From Candidatus Latescibacterota bacterium (GTDB taxonomy: Bacteria; Latescibacterota; UBA2968): DNA of 64,000 nt. This document shows, one piece after another, positions 9,070-17,895 of this stretch. A program made the position numbers and the translations under genes. The notes beneath the pieces are model-generated. The model made no database searches and was not told the DNA's origin. It saw only the letters and a list, made by a program, of their open reading frames with translations. Positions within the stretch are counted from its first letter, which is position 1. Each line of letters opens with the position of its first letter. Location: NCBI GenBank assembly GCA_965208125.1, contig OZ242320.1, forward strand, positions 288,001 through 352,000, in the 5' to 3' direction.

Positions 9070-10782
9070 ATGTCTTCTCCCAACGTAGTCTTTGTAATTA
9101 CCGATGATCAGGGCTATGGCGACCTTGGATGCCACGGCAATGACATCATCCAGACGCCCAACCTCGACGAGCTTTATACCGAAAGCGTGCGATTTACCAA
9201 TTACCACGTCGGTCCCACCTGCGCGCCCACCCGGGCGGGCATCATGACGGGACGCTATTGCAACTGCACAGGCGTATGGCACACCATTGCTGGACGCTCG
9301 CTATTGCGCAAAGACGAAACCACCATCGCCGACTTCTTCAAAGCAGCGGGATATCGCACCGGCATGTTTGGCAAATGGCATCTGGGCGACAACTATCCAT
9401 TTCACCCGCACAACCGGGGCTTTGACACGGTCGTTTACCACGGCGGCGGCGGCGTACACCAGACCCCTGACTACTGGGGCAATACCTATTTCAACGACAC
9501 GTACTTCCGCAACGGCGTACCTGAAAAATTCAGAGGCTACTGCACGGACATCTGGTTTGACGAAGCCAAAAAATTCATCGAAGACTGCGGCGACACGCCC
9601 TTCTTCTGCTACATCCCCACCAACGCACCGCACGGCCCCTTCAACATAGCCGATCACTACCGCGAACTCTACAACGGCGACGGCTTGCCCGGTCAGCGCG
9701 ACCGCTTTTACGGCATGATCACCAACATCGACGAAAACGTCGGCCTCATGCGCGACTTTCTTCGCGACAAAGGGTTAGAAGAAAACACCATCTTCATTTT
9801 CATGACCGACAACGGCACCGCCAATGGCTGCACCCTCGACGGCAATGGCTATGTCACAGATGGTTTCAACGATGGCATGCGCGGGAAAAAAGGCTCGGAA
9901 TACGAAGGCGGACATCGCGTCCCCTTCTTCTTTCACTGGCCCGCAGGCGGATACACCAGCGGACGCGACATCGACACCCTCATTGCCAACATCGACTTCT
10001 TGCCCACCCTGTGCGACCTCTGTGACGTCCCCATCTCCGACGAAGCCCGCGAACGCATCAACGGTACCAGCGTGAAACCCCTCCTCGGAGGCACGGACAA
10101 CTGGAACGAACGCACAATCGTCACGGACTCTCAGCGCGTGGAAAACCCCATCAAATGGCGCAAATGCGCGACTATGACACAGCGTTGGCGACTCATCAAC
10201 GGCGAAGAACTCTACGACATGGACACCGACCGCGGACAACGCCACAATGTCGCCGAGCAACATCCCGATATCGTCGCCGAACTGCGCCAGCACTACGAAG
10301 ACTGGTGGACACTTGTATCCGAACGCTTTGGCGAAGACGTACCCATCATCGTCGGCTCTGAAAGCGAACCCGTCTCTGTGATTACAACCCACGACTGGCA
10401 CAACGAAAACAGCGAATCGGCCTGGAATCAGGGTGCGATCCGCCGCGGGACGGAATGCAATGGTCGCTGGGCAATCGACGTAGCCGAAGCAGGTGATTAC
10501 ACCTTTGAATTGCGCCGATGGCCCCGCGAAGAAGACCGCGCCATCACCGAGGGCATCCCCGGCAAACTCACGCCCTATTACGGCGGCAACGCAATTTCCG
10601 TCAGCACCGCCCGCATCAAAGTCGCGGGAGAAGAACAATCCCAATCCATCGGTCCCGAAGACAAAGGCATCGCCTTCACCTACACCCTCCAGGCTGGTGA
10701 AACGAGCCTCGAAACCGAACTCACCGATGGGAATGGCATTTCACTGGGGGCGTATTACGTGTATGTGGAAAGGGTAGGGTAG
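9070..10782 (+). CDS. Arylsulfatase
   Basis: PNVVFVITDDQGYGDLG, CAPTR, GKWHLG, TDNG, YEGGHRVP. Confidence 0.92.
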   Translation: MSSPNVVFVITDDQGYGDLGCHGNDIIQTPNLDELYTESVRFTNYHVGPTCAPTRAGIMTGRYCNCTGVWHTIAGRSLLRKDETTIADFFKAAGYRTGMFGKWHLGDNYPFHPHNRGFDTVVYHGGGGVHQTPDYWGNTYFNDTYFRNGVPEKFRGYCTDIWFDEAKKFIEDCGDTPFFCYIPTNAPHGPFNIADHYRELYNGDGLPGQRDRFYGMITNIDENVGLMRDFLRDKGLEENTIFIFMTDNGTANGCTLDGNGYVTDGFNDGMRGKKGSEYEGGHRVPFFFHWPAGGYTSGRDIDTLIANIDFLPTLCDLCDVPISDEARERINGTSVKPLLGGTDNWNERTIVTDSQRVENPIKWRKCATMTQRWRLINGEELYDMDTDRGQRHNVAEQHPDIVAELRQHYEDWWTLVSERFGEDVPIIVGSESEPVSVITTHDWHNENSESAWNQGAIRRGTECNGRWAIDVAEAGDYTFELRRWPREEDRAITEGIPGKLTPYYGGNAISVSTARIKVAGEEQSQSIGPEDKGIAFTYTLQAGETSLETELTDGNGISLGAYYVYVERVG

Positions 10783-10783
10783 A

Positions 10784-10897
10784 AAGTGTGAAGTAGGAAG
10801 TAGGAAGTAGGAAGTAGGAAGTGTGAAGTAGGAAGTAGGAAGAAGCACCAGCTTTAGAGTGGTTGGGGTGGTGTTTTCTCACTTCTTACTTCTTACT
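10784..10897. repeat. Heptamer-armed intergenic element, copy B
   Basis: Eight AAGTAGG/AAGTGTG units at 10784-10839, core AAGCACCAGCTTTAGAGTGGTTGGGGTGG, then (TCTYACT)x3 at 10877-10897. Confidence 0.85.
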
Positions 10898-10945
10898 TAT
10901 GGGCGGCTGGGAGGTTGGGAGAGCTTCACCCATAAGAGAAACACA

Positions 10946-11359
10946 ATGGGCAAAAGATTGTTACTCATCTTCGCGCTTTTTTTCGCGAGTGTCCCTTCCT
11001 GGAGTGCGGAATCTCAGCCTGATTCCCTCTCATCGGACCACCGCGTGCGCGGTGCGGTCTTGCGGTCTATCGCGCTACCGGGGTGGGGACAATTTTACAA
11101 TGGCAAGCGCGTAAAAGGCAGTATAATTGCGACCGCAGAAGTAGCTTCGGCTATCGCCTGGGTAGTGCGTCGCAAACAGATCAAAGATCGGGGAACTCAG
11201 GAGAGAAACCTGTACATCTTCTCAACTATCGGGATTGTACTCTACAGCGTGGGAGATGCTTATGTGGATGCCCATCTCAGCCGGGTAGATTGGGCGGAAG
11301 TGGAGGCAGGTATCGATGAAAATGGCACGGCAAAATTTCGACTAAAATTTAAGTTTTAA
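10946..11359 (+). CDS. DUF5683-like exported/membrane protein
   Basis: Signal peptide, RSIALPGWGQFYN, DAYVDAHL, C-terminal FKF. Confidence 0.75.
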   Translation: MGKRLLLIFALFFASVPSWSAESQPDSLSSDHRVRGAVLRSIALPGWGQFYNGKRVKGSIIATAEVASAIAWVVRRKQIKDRGTQERNLYIFSTIGIVLYSVGDAYVDAHLSRVDWAEVEAGIDENGTAKFRLKFKF

Positions 11360-11366
11360 TGGTGTT

Positions 11367-12350
11367 TCAGATGTACCGAATATTCTTCCCCAGAGTCGCC
11401 ACCATCTCGCCGCTTGATACCATCGGCAGCAAATTCTCCGACCAGAAAATCGACTCCTCTGGCGCGCGCAATGTCTCGAGCACATTGCCAAACGGATCGG
11501 TAATATCTGCAACGGGATCACCCTTTTGCAAATGATCGTAATGCTGCGCGTGAAACTCTATAAACCCACCCCGATTGGCCAACACCGTCAAAAACCCATC
11601 CACCACCACTTGCTTTTTGGGTATAAACGGCTCCCCCGGTATAACCCCGTAATACTTCAACACATTCTCGACACCCGTAATACCCTTCTGAATGCTCTCA
11701 CTATCCCAGCCCATGCATCCACCCAATTCGGGATCAATCGTCGGAATCCCCTCATCGGGAGCAGAACGCGCGAGTTGACCTTCGGGACCGCGCTGATCGA
11801 GAATATAGCCAATACCAAACACCTGAGCCATCTCCATACACACGCGGTGAATGCGCTTGCGCCGATCCACCCGCACGCGCACCTCGTCAATCATCGGCCG
11901 GCGCCCCCCCTGGTGCAAATCAATACAATAATCGGACTGCATCACCGCATTGTGAAATAACCGATAGGCAATGCGCTCGCTCGACGTGCCATCTTTGCGC
12001 CCGGGAAAACACCGATTCATCTTTTTTTCATCAACCGGACTAAATGCCTGATGCGCGTGAAACGCGTGGAAATTGACAATCAACACCGCGATAACCCGCC
12101 CATTCATCACCGTCGGATCCAGCCGCTTCAACACCTGTCGAATCACGCTGATGCCATTTAACTCATCCCCATCGCTAATCGCCTGCAAATAAATCGTCGG
12201 TCCTTCTTCAGCACCATTGATCAGGGATACCGGAACGCGCGCAGGCGACCCATCCTGCATCTCAGCCACCTTCAGATAGCCATCCGTGCGCTGCCCAGAC
12301 TCAGCCCGAAGATGTTCAACGCGAAGCAATTCACCCATAATAATTATCAC
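11367..12350 (-). CDS. Succinylglutamate desuccinylase/aspartoacylase family protein
   Basis: SDGDELNG, MNRCFPG, IDLHQG, C-terminal biotinyl-like segment. Confidence 0.85.
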   Translation of the reverse strand: MIIIMGELLRVEHLRAESGQRTDGYLKVAEMQDGSPARVPVSLINGAEEGPTIYLQAISDGDELNGISVIRQVLKRLDPTVMNGRVIAVLIVNFHAFHAHQAFSPVDEKKMNRCFPGRKDGTSSERIAYRLFHNAVMQSDYCIDLHQGGRRPMIDEVRVRVDRRKRIHRVCMEMAQVFGIGYILDQRGPEGQLARSAPDEGIPTIDPELGGCMGWDSESIQKGITGVENVLKYYGVIPGEPFIPKKQVVVDGFLTVLANRGGFIEFHAQHYDHLQKGDPVADITDPFGNVLETLRAPEESIFWSENLLPMVSSGEMVATLGKNIRYI

Positions 12351-12422
12351 TCCTCAAAAAAGCCAAATACCTCTCAATTCTCAGTGTTAAAAAAACGAGT
12401 GAATCCATGTGCTGTCAACTGA

Positions 12423-12454
12423 AAAGAGCCGATCCATTTCCGGACCGGCTCTTT
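12423..12454 (-). terminator. Intrinsic terminator after the DUF1080 gene
   Basis: AAAGAGCCG...CGGCTCTTT inverted repeat. Confidence 0.7.
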
Positions 12455-12482
12455 CACTGATCACCTCAATAATAGACCCTCT

Positions 12483-13229
12483 CTACCCCTCATCATAATC
12501 GGTCAATGGACGGATCCAGATATTGCGATAACGCACGGGATCGCCGTGATCTTGCAGCATCAACGGCCCGGTAGGCCCGTGCGGCGTATCGTAATTCGAC
12601 ACATTCCTGTGCCCGGTCGGTCCCATAGCCTCTTTGCGATTGTGCAGCACAACACCGTTCAAAAACACCGTCAAATAAGCGGGCTTCACCAGCGTATCGC
12701 CATCGTATTCCGGTGTTTCAAAAACAATATCATAAGCCTGCCACTCACCCGGTGGACGCGTCGCATTCACCAGCGGCGAATACTGACTGTAAATCGCACC
12801 CGTCGTACCATCAGAATACGTCGGATTGTCATATCCATCCAGCACCTGCACCTCGTATTTCCCGATCAAAAACACACCGCTATTTCCCCGCCCCTGACTG
12901 CTGCCGCGCACTTCTGACGGACAGGCAAACTCTATGTGCAACTGCGCGCTCCCAAACTCATCTTTTGTCTGGATATTCCCCGTACGGGGATTCACCTCTA
13001 CATACCCATTCTCCACCGTCCATGTCGGATCTCCACCATCGCGACTCTGCCAACTGGACAAATCTGTACCATCAAATAGCACCACGGCATCCGATGGCGC
13101 ATCACCTGCACTGGCACCTGGCGTCACCACGCGCGGTGCTGGACGATTCTTATCGTGAACGCGCCACGGTTGATTGGGCAACATCGGCGTATCGTCATAC
13201 CCCACAGGCGTGTGTTTTTCTGCTGCCAT
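12483..13229 (-). CDS. DUF1080 (3-keto-disaccharide hydrolase) family protein
   Basis: AVVLFDG, GNSGVF, YEVQVLD, PGEWQAYDI, LQDHGDPVRYRNIWIR. Confidence 0.9.
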   Translation of the reverse strand: MAAEKHTPVGYDDTPMLPNQPWRVHDKNRPAPRVVTPGASAGDAPSDAVVLFDGTDLSSWQSRDGGDPTWTVENGYVEVNPRTGNIQTKDEFGSAQLHIEFACPSEVRGSSQGRGNSGVFLIGKYEVQVLDGYDNPTYSDGTTGAIYSQYSPLVNATRPPGEWQAYDIVFETPEYDGDTLVKPAYLTVFLNGVVLHNRKEAMGPTGHRNVSNYDTPHGPTGPLMLQDHGDPVRYRNIWIRPLTDYDEG

Positions 13230-13321
13230 TTTGTTTCCTTTCTAAAATGAAGTGGATATTTTATTGTGAAACCATGATTATAAAAATAAAAGACCGTGTC
13301 AAGCCCGCAATACACAATACC

Positions 13322-14113
13322 TCAGTAGTAAATCCCACTGATATCCCACCCAAAGACAGACACATCTACCCATCCGTTGTTGCCCTCCCCTCCTGCATTG
13401 ATCTCAACACCCTCGCACGCCAGCAACGCCCGCTGATTATCCACATGCGGCGTCAAATACCCTTTTGAATCCAGAATGCGATGCAAGGGAAACGCCTGTC
13501 CTGTCACGCGCTTCATATAGGTGGGCAACACGCGGTAATACGAATGCGACACCCCCAGAACATCCACAATCTGCTTATACGTCATCACCCTCCCAAAGGG
13601 AATCTGTTTTACAACCCACAAAAATCGATCAGAGGTGCGATCGGGCACGGGATCATAACACCTGGACAAAACCCTGACCGGATCGCCTTCACAAACGACA
13701 CCACCCGTCAGCACCACAGCCAAAAATCCTCGCCGATTCTCCAACAACTGGATCGGTTTGACGCCCAACGTCCCGATATACTTGCACACCTCACAATGAT
13801 ACGTCAGCCGAACTGTGGCAGAATCCCCAATTTGCAACACCGAACCCGACAGCAAATCGTCCAGCGACAACCCGGCGACAACGACATTCTCTCGCAAATC
13901 ACCCGGCTGCAATTTGAACTCGTGCAGAGTCTCCAGAGCAACCAAGAGCACCTGCCGCGGACCAACGCCGTCTGCATTTGCATCGCCTTCAATGCCAAAA
14001 CGAGCGCGCAGCAAAAATTTACCATCGCGCGGTCTGGACAAAGGCAGTCCCTTCTCTAACTTTGTGAATAGGGAAATGACGCGCCCCTGTGTATCCATCT
14101 GCACACTTTCCAT
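13322..14113 (-). CDS. MOSC domain fused to MGMT/alkyltransferase-like (ATL) DNA-binding domain
   Basis: MOSC: GIEGD, RQVLL, PGDLRENV, CEVC, RRGFLAVVLTGG. ATL: VKQIPFGRVMTYKQI, PLHRI, QRALLACEGV. Start is 14113 (TAATG coupling) or 14128. Confidence 0.8.
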   Translation of the reverse strand: MESVQMDTQGRVISLFTKLEKGLPLSRPRDGKFLLRARFGIEGDANADGVGPRQVLLVALETLHEFKLQPGDLRENVVVAGLSLDDLLSGSVLQIGDSATVRLTYHCEVCKYIGTLGVKPIQLLENRRGFLAVVLTGGVVCEGDPVRVLSRCYDPVPDRTSDRFLWVVKQIPFGRVMTYKQIVDVLGVSHSYYRVLPTYMKRVTGQAFPLHRILDSKGYLTPHVDNQRALLACEGVEINAGGEGNNGWVDVSVFGWDISGIYY

Positions 14114-14778
14114 TACTCCGACATCCATCCACCTGCGACCCGGGCCAATTCTTCCATCACGGGTTCATCGGTATTTCGCCGCTTCAAAATTTTAAATCCG
14201 TGATCCGCGGTATCCACCACGTGAAGCGTCGCATTTTTCAGATTATTCACCTCCGGCTGCAACAGTTCTAAACTCGCCATCCTATCCCGCTGACCCGATA
14301 AAAACAACATCGGCACGCGTACATCCTTCAAATGCTCGGCGCGCTCTGTATTAGGCTTGCTCGAATACAGCGGAAAAGCGAAAAACACAATACCCTTCAA
14401 CCCGTCAACAGGTTCTTCGGCACAAGCCATCGAAACCATCCGCCCGCTCATCGAATGTCCACCGGCAAAAACTGGCAATCCGCGCGCCTGCTTCATCCCC
14501 ATCTCTATAGCCGCACGCACCGTTGCCAACCGCACCTTCTCCCCATCCATGCCACCACCGCCCCTCTCGGAATAGGGATAATTAAAGCGCAAAGTCGCAA
14601 TCCCCACATCGTTCAACGCATCGCTCAGTTCCCGCATAAAAAGATGCCGCATATTCGTACCCGACCCGTGACCCAATACCAATAGTGCCTTTGCCCCGCG
14701 CGGTCGTGCGTACAAAGCCGACACCTCCCCCTTTTCCTCAGTCGCAATAAATTTCAACTCTCTGGGTTCAACAGCCAT
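14113..14778 (-). CDS. Alpha/beta hydrolase (KANL3/Tex30-like)
   Basis: LGHGSG, RFNYPY, GGHSMSGR, GQRD, ADHGF. Confidence 0.85.
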   Translation of the reverse strand: MAVEPRELKFIATEEKGEVSALYARPRGAKALLVLGHGSGTNMRHLFMRELSDALNDVGIATLRFNYPYSERGGGGMDGEKVRLATVRAAIEMGMKQARGLPVFAGGHSMSGRMVSMACAEEPVDGLKGIVFFAFPLYSSKPNTERAEHLKDVRVPMLFLSGQRDRMASLELLQPEVNNLKNATLHVVDTADHGFKILKRRNTDEPVMEELARVAGGWMSE

Positions 14779-15255
14779 TTATGTCTCCTCTTCTAACCAG
14801 GTAATATGAGATTCCCGCGGCGTAGCGCAAAGTGGGCCGCCACGATCATCCGTCAACTTTAGCTTTACAACAATGGGATCACCCGACTCAACTGCCCGAT
14901 TAACCTGCGCCCAATCGAGATGCCCCAGACGAATTTTGAGCCGCCGAAACATCTCAAAATCACCCGAATCTCGCACCACCCCCCAAGAAAGATAAAAAAA
15001 GCGATCCGCGGGCCTGCCCTGTGCATAAGGACCCAAAAAATTGGGTGAACCATCGGGTTTCTCACCAACCCTGAACTCGGGATAAAATACGACCTCACGG
15101 CGATCTGCTGGAACCTGCTCAACAACCTCTTTATCACGCTGTATGCCGAGATAAACGGGTTCCTTAACCTCAGGATCATGACCGTACGGATCTTCAAAAC
15201 GCGTACCGGGCAATTCGGTACAAATTACTTTCAGTTTCAGTTGTTCGTCTTTCAT
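14779..15255 (-). CDS. DUF5990-like protein
   Basis: LGIQR, FLGPYAQG.PADRFFYLSWG, MFRRLKI, LTDDRGGPLCA; GAGGTGG SD before ATG 15255. Confidence 0.7.
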   Translation of the reverse strand: MKDEQLKLKVICTELPGTRFEDPYGHDPEVKEPVYLGIQRDKEVVEQVPADRREVVFYPEFRVGEKPDGSPNFLGPYAQGRPADRFFYLSWGVVRDSGDFEMFRRLKIRLGHLDWAQVNRAVESGDPIVVKLKLTDDRGGPLCATPRESHITWLEEET

Positions 15256-15357
15256 GCACCACCTCTTTTCAGAACTTGCACCAAATGATATAACGAAGTA
15301 TAGTATAGAAATACCATTTACGCCGCCCAATTCTTTGAACATCGCGAAAGGAGACGC

Positions 15358-16716
15358 ATGCAACCCAACATCATCTTGATCAACTGCGACGACCTCGGCT
15401 ATGGTGACCTCGGCAGTTACGGCTCTAAAATCAACAAAACGCCAGCACTCGACAAAATGGCTGCGGAAGGCATCAAATTCACCGACTTCTACATGGCATC
15501 TCCCGTGTGTTCGCCCTCGCGAGGGGCCATGCTCACGGGCTGTTATCCTCCCCGCATTGGCTTTGGCTCTTTTGATGGACGTTGGGTCCTCTTTCCCGGT
15601 CAGGGTGTGGGATTAAATTCCAGCGAAATCACCATCGCCAAACTCCTCAAAGACAAAGGCTACGCCACCAAAATAGTCGGCAAATGGCACTGCGGAGACC
15701 AGCCAGAATTTCTACCCACCCGTCACGGATTCGACAGCTACTACGGCATCCCCTATAGCAACGACATGGGGATACAAAAAGAAGACGACAAAAATCCACC
15801 CCTGCCCTTATTGCGCGACGAAGAAGTCATCCAGGCACAACCCGACCAGCGCGGCATCACCGAACGCTACGTCGAAGAATGCGTCCGTTTCATGCGCGAC
15901 AACAAAGACCAGTCCTTCTTCCTCTACCTCGCCCACATGCACGTCCACCTGCCCCACTATCCCCCCGAAGCCTTTGTCCGTGAATCGCAAAACGGCGTGT
16001 ATGGCGCAGCAGTCGCCTGCATTGACTGGGCAGCAGCCGTCATCTTTGACGAACTCAAAACCCTGGGACTCGACGACGACACCCTCGTCATCTTCACCAG
16101 CGACAACGGCTCTCGCGCCCGCGACGAAGGCGGCAGCAACAGCCCTTTGCGCGCCACCAAAGGCACCACCTGGGAAGGCGGTCAGCGCGTACCATGCCTC
16201 ATGCGATGGCCCGGCAAAATTCCCGCAGGCGAAGTATGCAGCGAACTGACATTATCCATGGACTTTTACCCCACGCTTGCAGCCCTCGGCGGTGCAGAAG
16301 TACCCACCGACCGCATCATCGACGGCAAAGACATCCGCCCGTTCATGTTCGCAGAAAAAGGCGCGACATCGCAACACGAATCCTTCTTTTACTACAAACG
16401 CAACAGCATCGAAGCCGTGCGGAGCGGCAAATGGAAACTCCACATCCGCAAAGACGACCAAGAAATCCGGGAACTCTACGACCTCGAAGCCGACATCGGA
16501 GAAACCAATGACATCAGTGATCAACACCCCGATATCGTGCGGGATCTCAGAGCGCAAATTGACACCTGTCGCAAAGACCTCGGAGACGATGCCGCAGGCA
16601 TCACAGGCGAAAACATCCGCCCCGCTGGCCGCGTTGAAAATCCCGATACCCTCACGCATCTCGACCGCGATCACCCCTATATGATCGCCATTTACGATCT
16701 AAAAGAACGGGGGTAA
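15358..16716 (+). CDS. Sulfatase (arylsulfatase A-like)
   Basis: [38 protein letters not shown]. Confidence 0.92.
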   Translation: MQPNIILINCDDLGYGDLGSYGSKINKTPALDKMAAEGIKFTDFYMASPVCSPSRGAMLTGCYPPRIGFGSFDGRWVLFPGQGVGLNSSEITIAKLLKDKGYATKIVGKWHCGDQPEFLPTRHGFDSYYGIPYSNDMGIQKEDDKNPPLPLLRDEEVIQAQPDQRGITERYVEECVRFMRDNKDQSFFLYLAHMHVHLPHYPPEAFVRESQNGVYGAAVACIDWAAAVIFDELKTLGLDDDTLVIFTSDNGSRARDEGGSNSPLRATKGTTWEGGQRVPCLMRWPGKIPAGEVCSELTLSMDFYPTLAALGGAEVPTDRIIDGKDIRPFMFAEKGATSQHESFFYYKRNSIEAVRSGKWKLHIRKDDQEIRELYDLEADIGETNDISDQHPDIVRDLRAQIDTCRKDLGDDAAGITGENIRPAGRVENPDTLTHLDRDHPYMIAIYDLKERG

Positions 16717-16717
16717 C

Positions 16718-17470
16718 ATGGCCCTTACACCCGAACAAGTCGCCGAGTTCAAAACATTGGGATATGTCCTCGTACCCAATCTAATCGATCCATCGATGTT
16801 GGACAATTGGCGTGCACAAATTCGCGCCCAATACGGTGATCTCTCTGACCCCGTTCAACAAAACGCTGCAGGACCGCGCCAACAACACCGCGAAGACATC
16901 ACCATATTGCGAAGCTTTCGCTTTTCGCCAGAAGAAACACAACTCGTCAACCAGCCCAAAGTCAAAGCCATAGTCAATCACATGGGGGGCGATGGACAAT
17001 TTTGCGGTGAAGACGGCAACCTGCGTCTGCTCTTGCCCGAACCCAAAAGCGAATGGTGCTTGCCAGAGCGCGGGCACATCGACGGTTATCTCGGCAAGCG
17101 GCGGGGGGCCTCTTTTCTCCTCGGATTGGCGACCTATATCTACGATGTGGAACCGCGCGGCGGAGGCACCGTCTTCTGGCCGCGTAGCCATATCAAATCA
17201 TGGGAATTTCTTCGCAAACATCCCGATCACCTCAGTTGCAGCTTTAAGGACCACCCCGAATATCTCGACATGGTCAAAGATATTCAACCTGTTGAACTGC
17301 ATGCAAAAGCGGGCGACGTCATCTTCTGGCACTGCAACATCCTGCACGAAACCTCTCAAAACACCAGCAACAACATCCGCTATGGCCTTTTCGCCCGCCT
17401 GCCCCACAAAGACCAGGAGACATTCCGAGACGAAATACCCGATGTCCTCTGGAAACGCTGGCGGATTTAA
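16718..17470 (+). CDS. PhyH-family Fe(II)/2OG dioxygenase
   Basis: GHIDG, GGGTVFWPRSH, AGDVIFWH..LH. Confidence 0.85.
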   Translation: MALTPEQVAEFKTLGYVLVPNLIDPSMLDNWRAQIRAQYGDLSDPVQQNAAGPRQQHREDITILRSFRFSPEETQLVNQPKVKAIVNHMGGDGQFCGEDGNLRLLLPEPKSEWCLPERGHIDGYLGKRRGASFLLGLATYIYDVEPRGGGTVFWPRSHIKSWEFLRKHPDHLSCSFKDHPEYLDMVKDIQPVELHAKAGDVIFWHCNILHETSQNTSNNIRYGLFARLPHKDQETFRDEIPDVLWKRWRI

Positions 17471-17487
17471 CAAAAAGGAGATTCGAC

Positions 17488-17838
17488 ATGTCAAAAATCA
17501 CCATCTATCACAACCCCAACTGAAGCAAATCCAATGGCGCAATGGATATATTGCGCGCTGGCAACGTCGAGTTCGACGTCATTGAATACTTAAAAACACC
17601 ACTGAGCGAACAGGACTTGAGAAAATTTTTCGCACTCCTGCCTGGTGAACCCAAAGACATGATTCACCCCAGTTCCTTTGAAAAACTGGGACGCGACATA
17701 GATGACTACAATACCCCCGATGCACTCGTCGGCTTACTTTTGGAACATCCCGAAGTCATGAATCGCCCCGTGTGCATTCGCGGAGACCGTGCAGTCATTG
17801 CCCGTCCCTCAGAAGCCGTACATGAACTTATAGATTAA
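17488..17838 (+). CDS. arsC: ArsC-family (glutaredoxin-type arsenate reductase fold) selenoprotein, 116 aa, Sec at residue 12
   Basis: SD AAGGAG then ATG 17488: MSKITIYHNPN-UGA(17521-17523)-SKSNGAM, in frame with ORF 17542..17838; YLKTP, HPEVMNRP, IARP. Confidence 0.85.
17531..17561 (+). promoter_or_regulatory. Bacterial SECIS-like hairpin
   Basis: CCA-ATG-GCGCAAT-[GGATAT]-ATTGCGC-GC-TGG; loop starts with G, 20 nt after the UGA. Confidence 0.75.
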
Positions 17839-17880
17839 AGAAACAGCCGCCGAGACCTCAACCTCGGCGGCTATTTCTTT
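17837..17880. terminator. Bidirectional terminator between convergent genes
   Basis: AAAGAAAC-AGCCGCCGAG...CTCGGCGGCT-ATTTCTTT. Confidence 0.85.
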
Positions 17881-17895
17881 TTCGATTTAATTAAC

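Noticed and set aside
10784-10842. CRISPR array
   Set aside because: These are 7-nt tandem units without spacers, and there are no cas genes.
13277-13302. Perfect TTGACA/TATAAT pair upstream of the DUF1080 gene
   Set aside because: The spacer is only 14 nt; a promoter is plausible here, but this exact pairing is not supportable.
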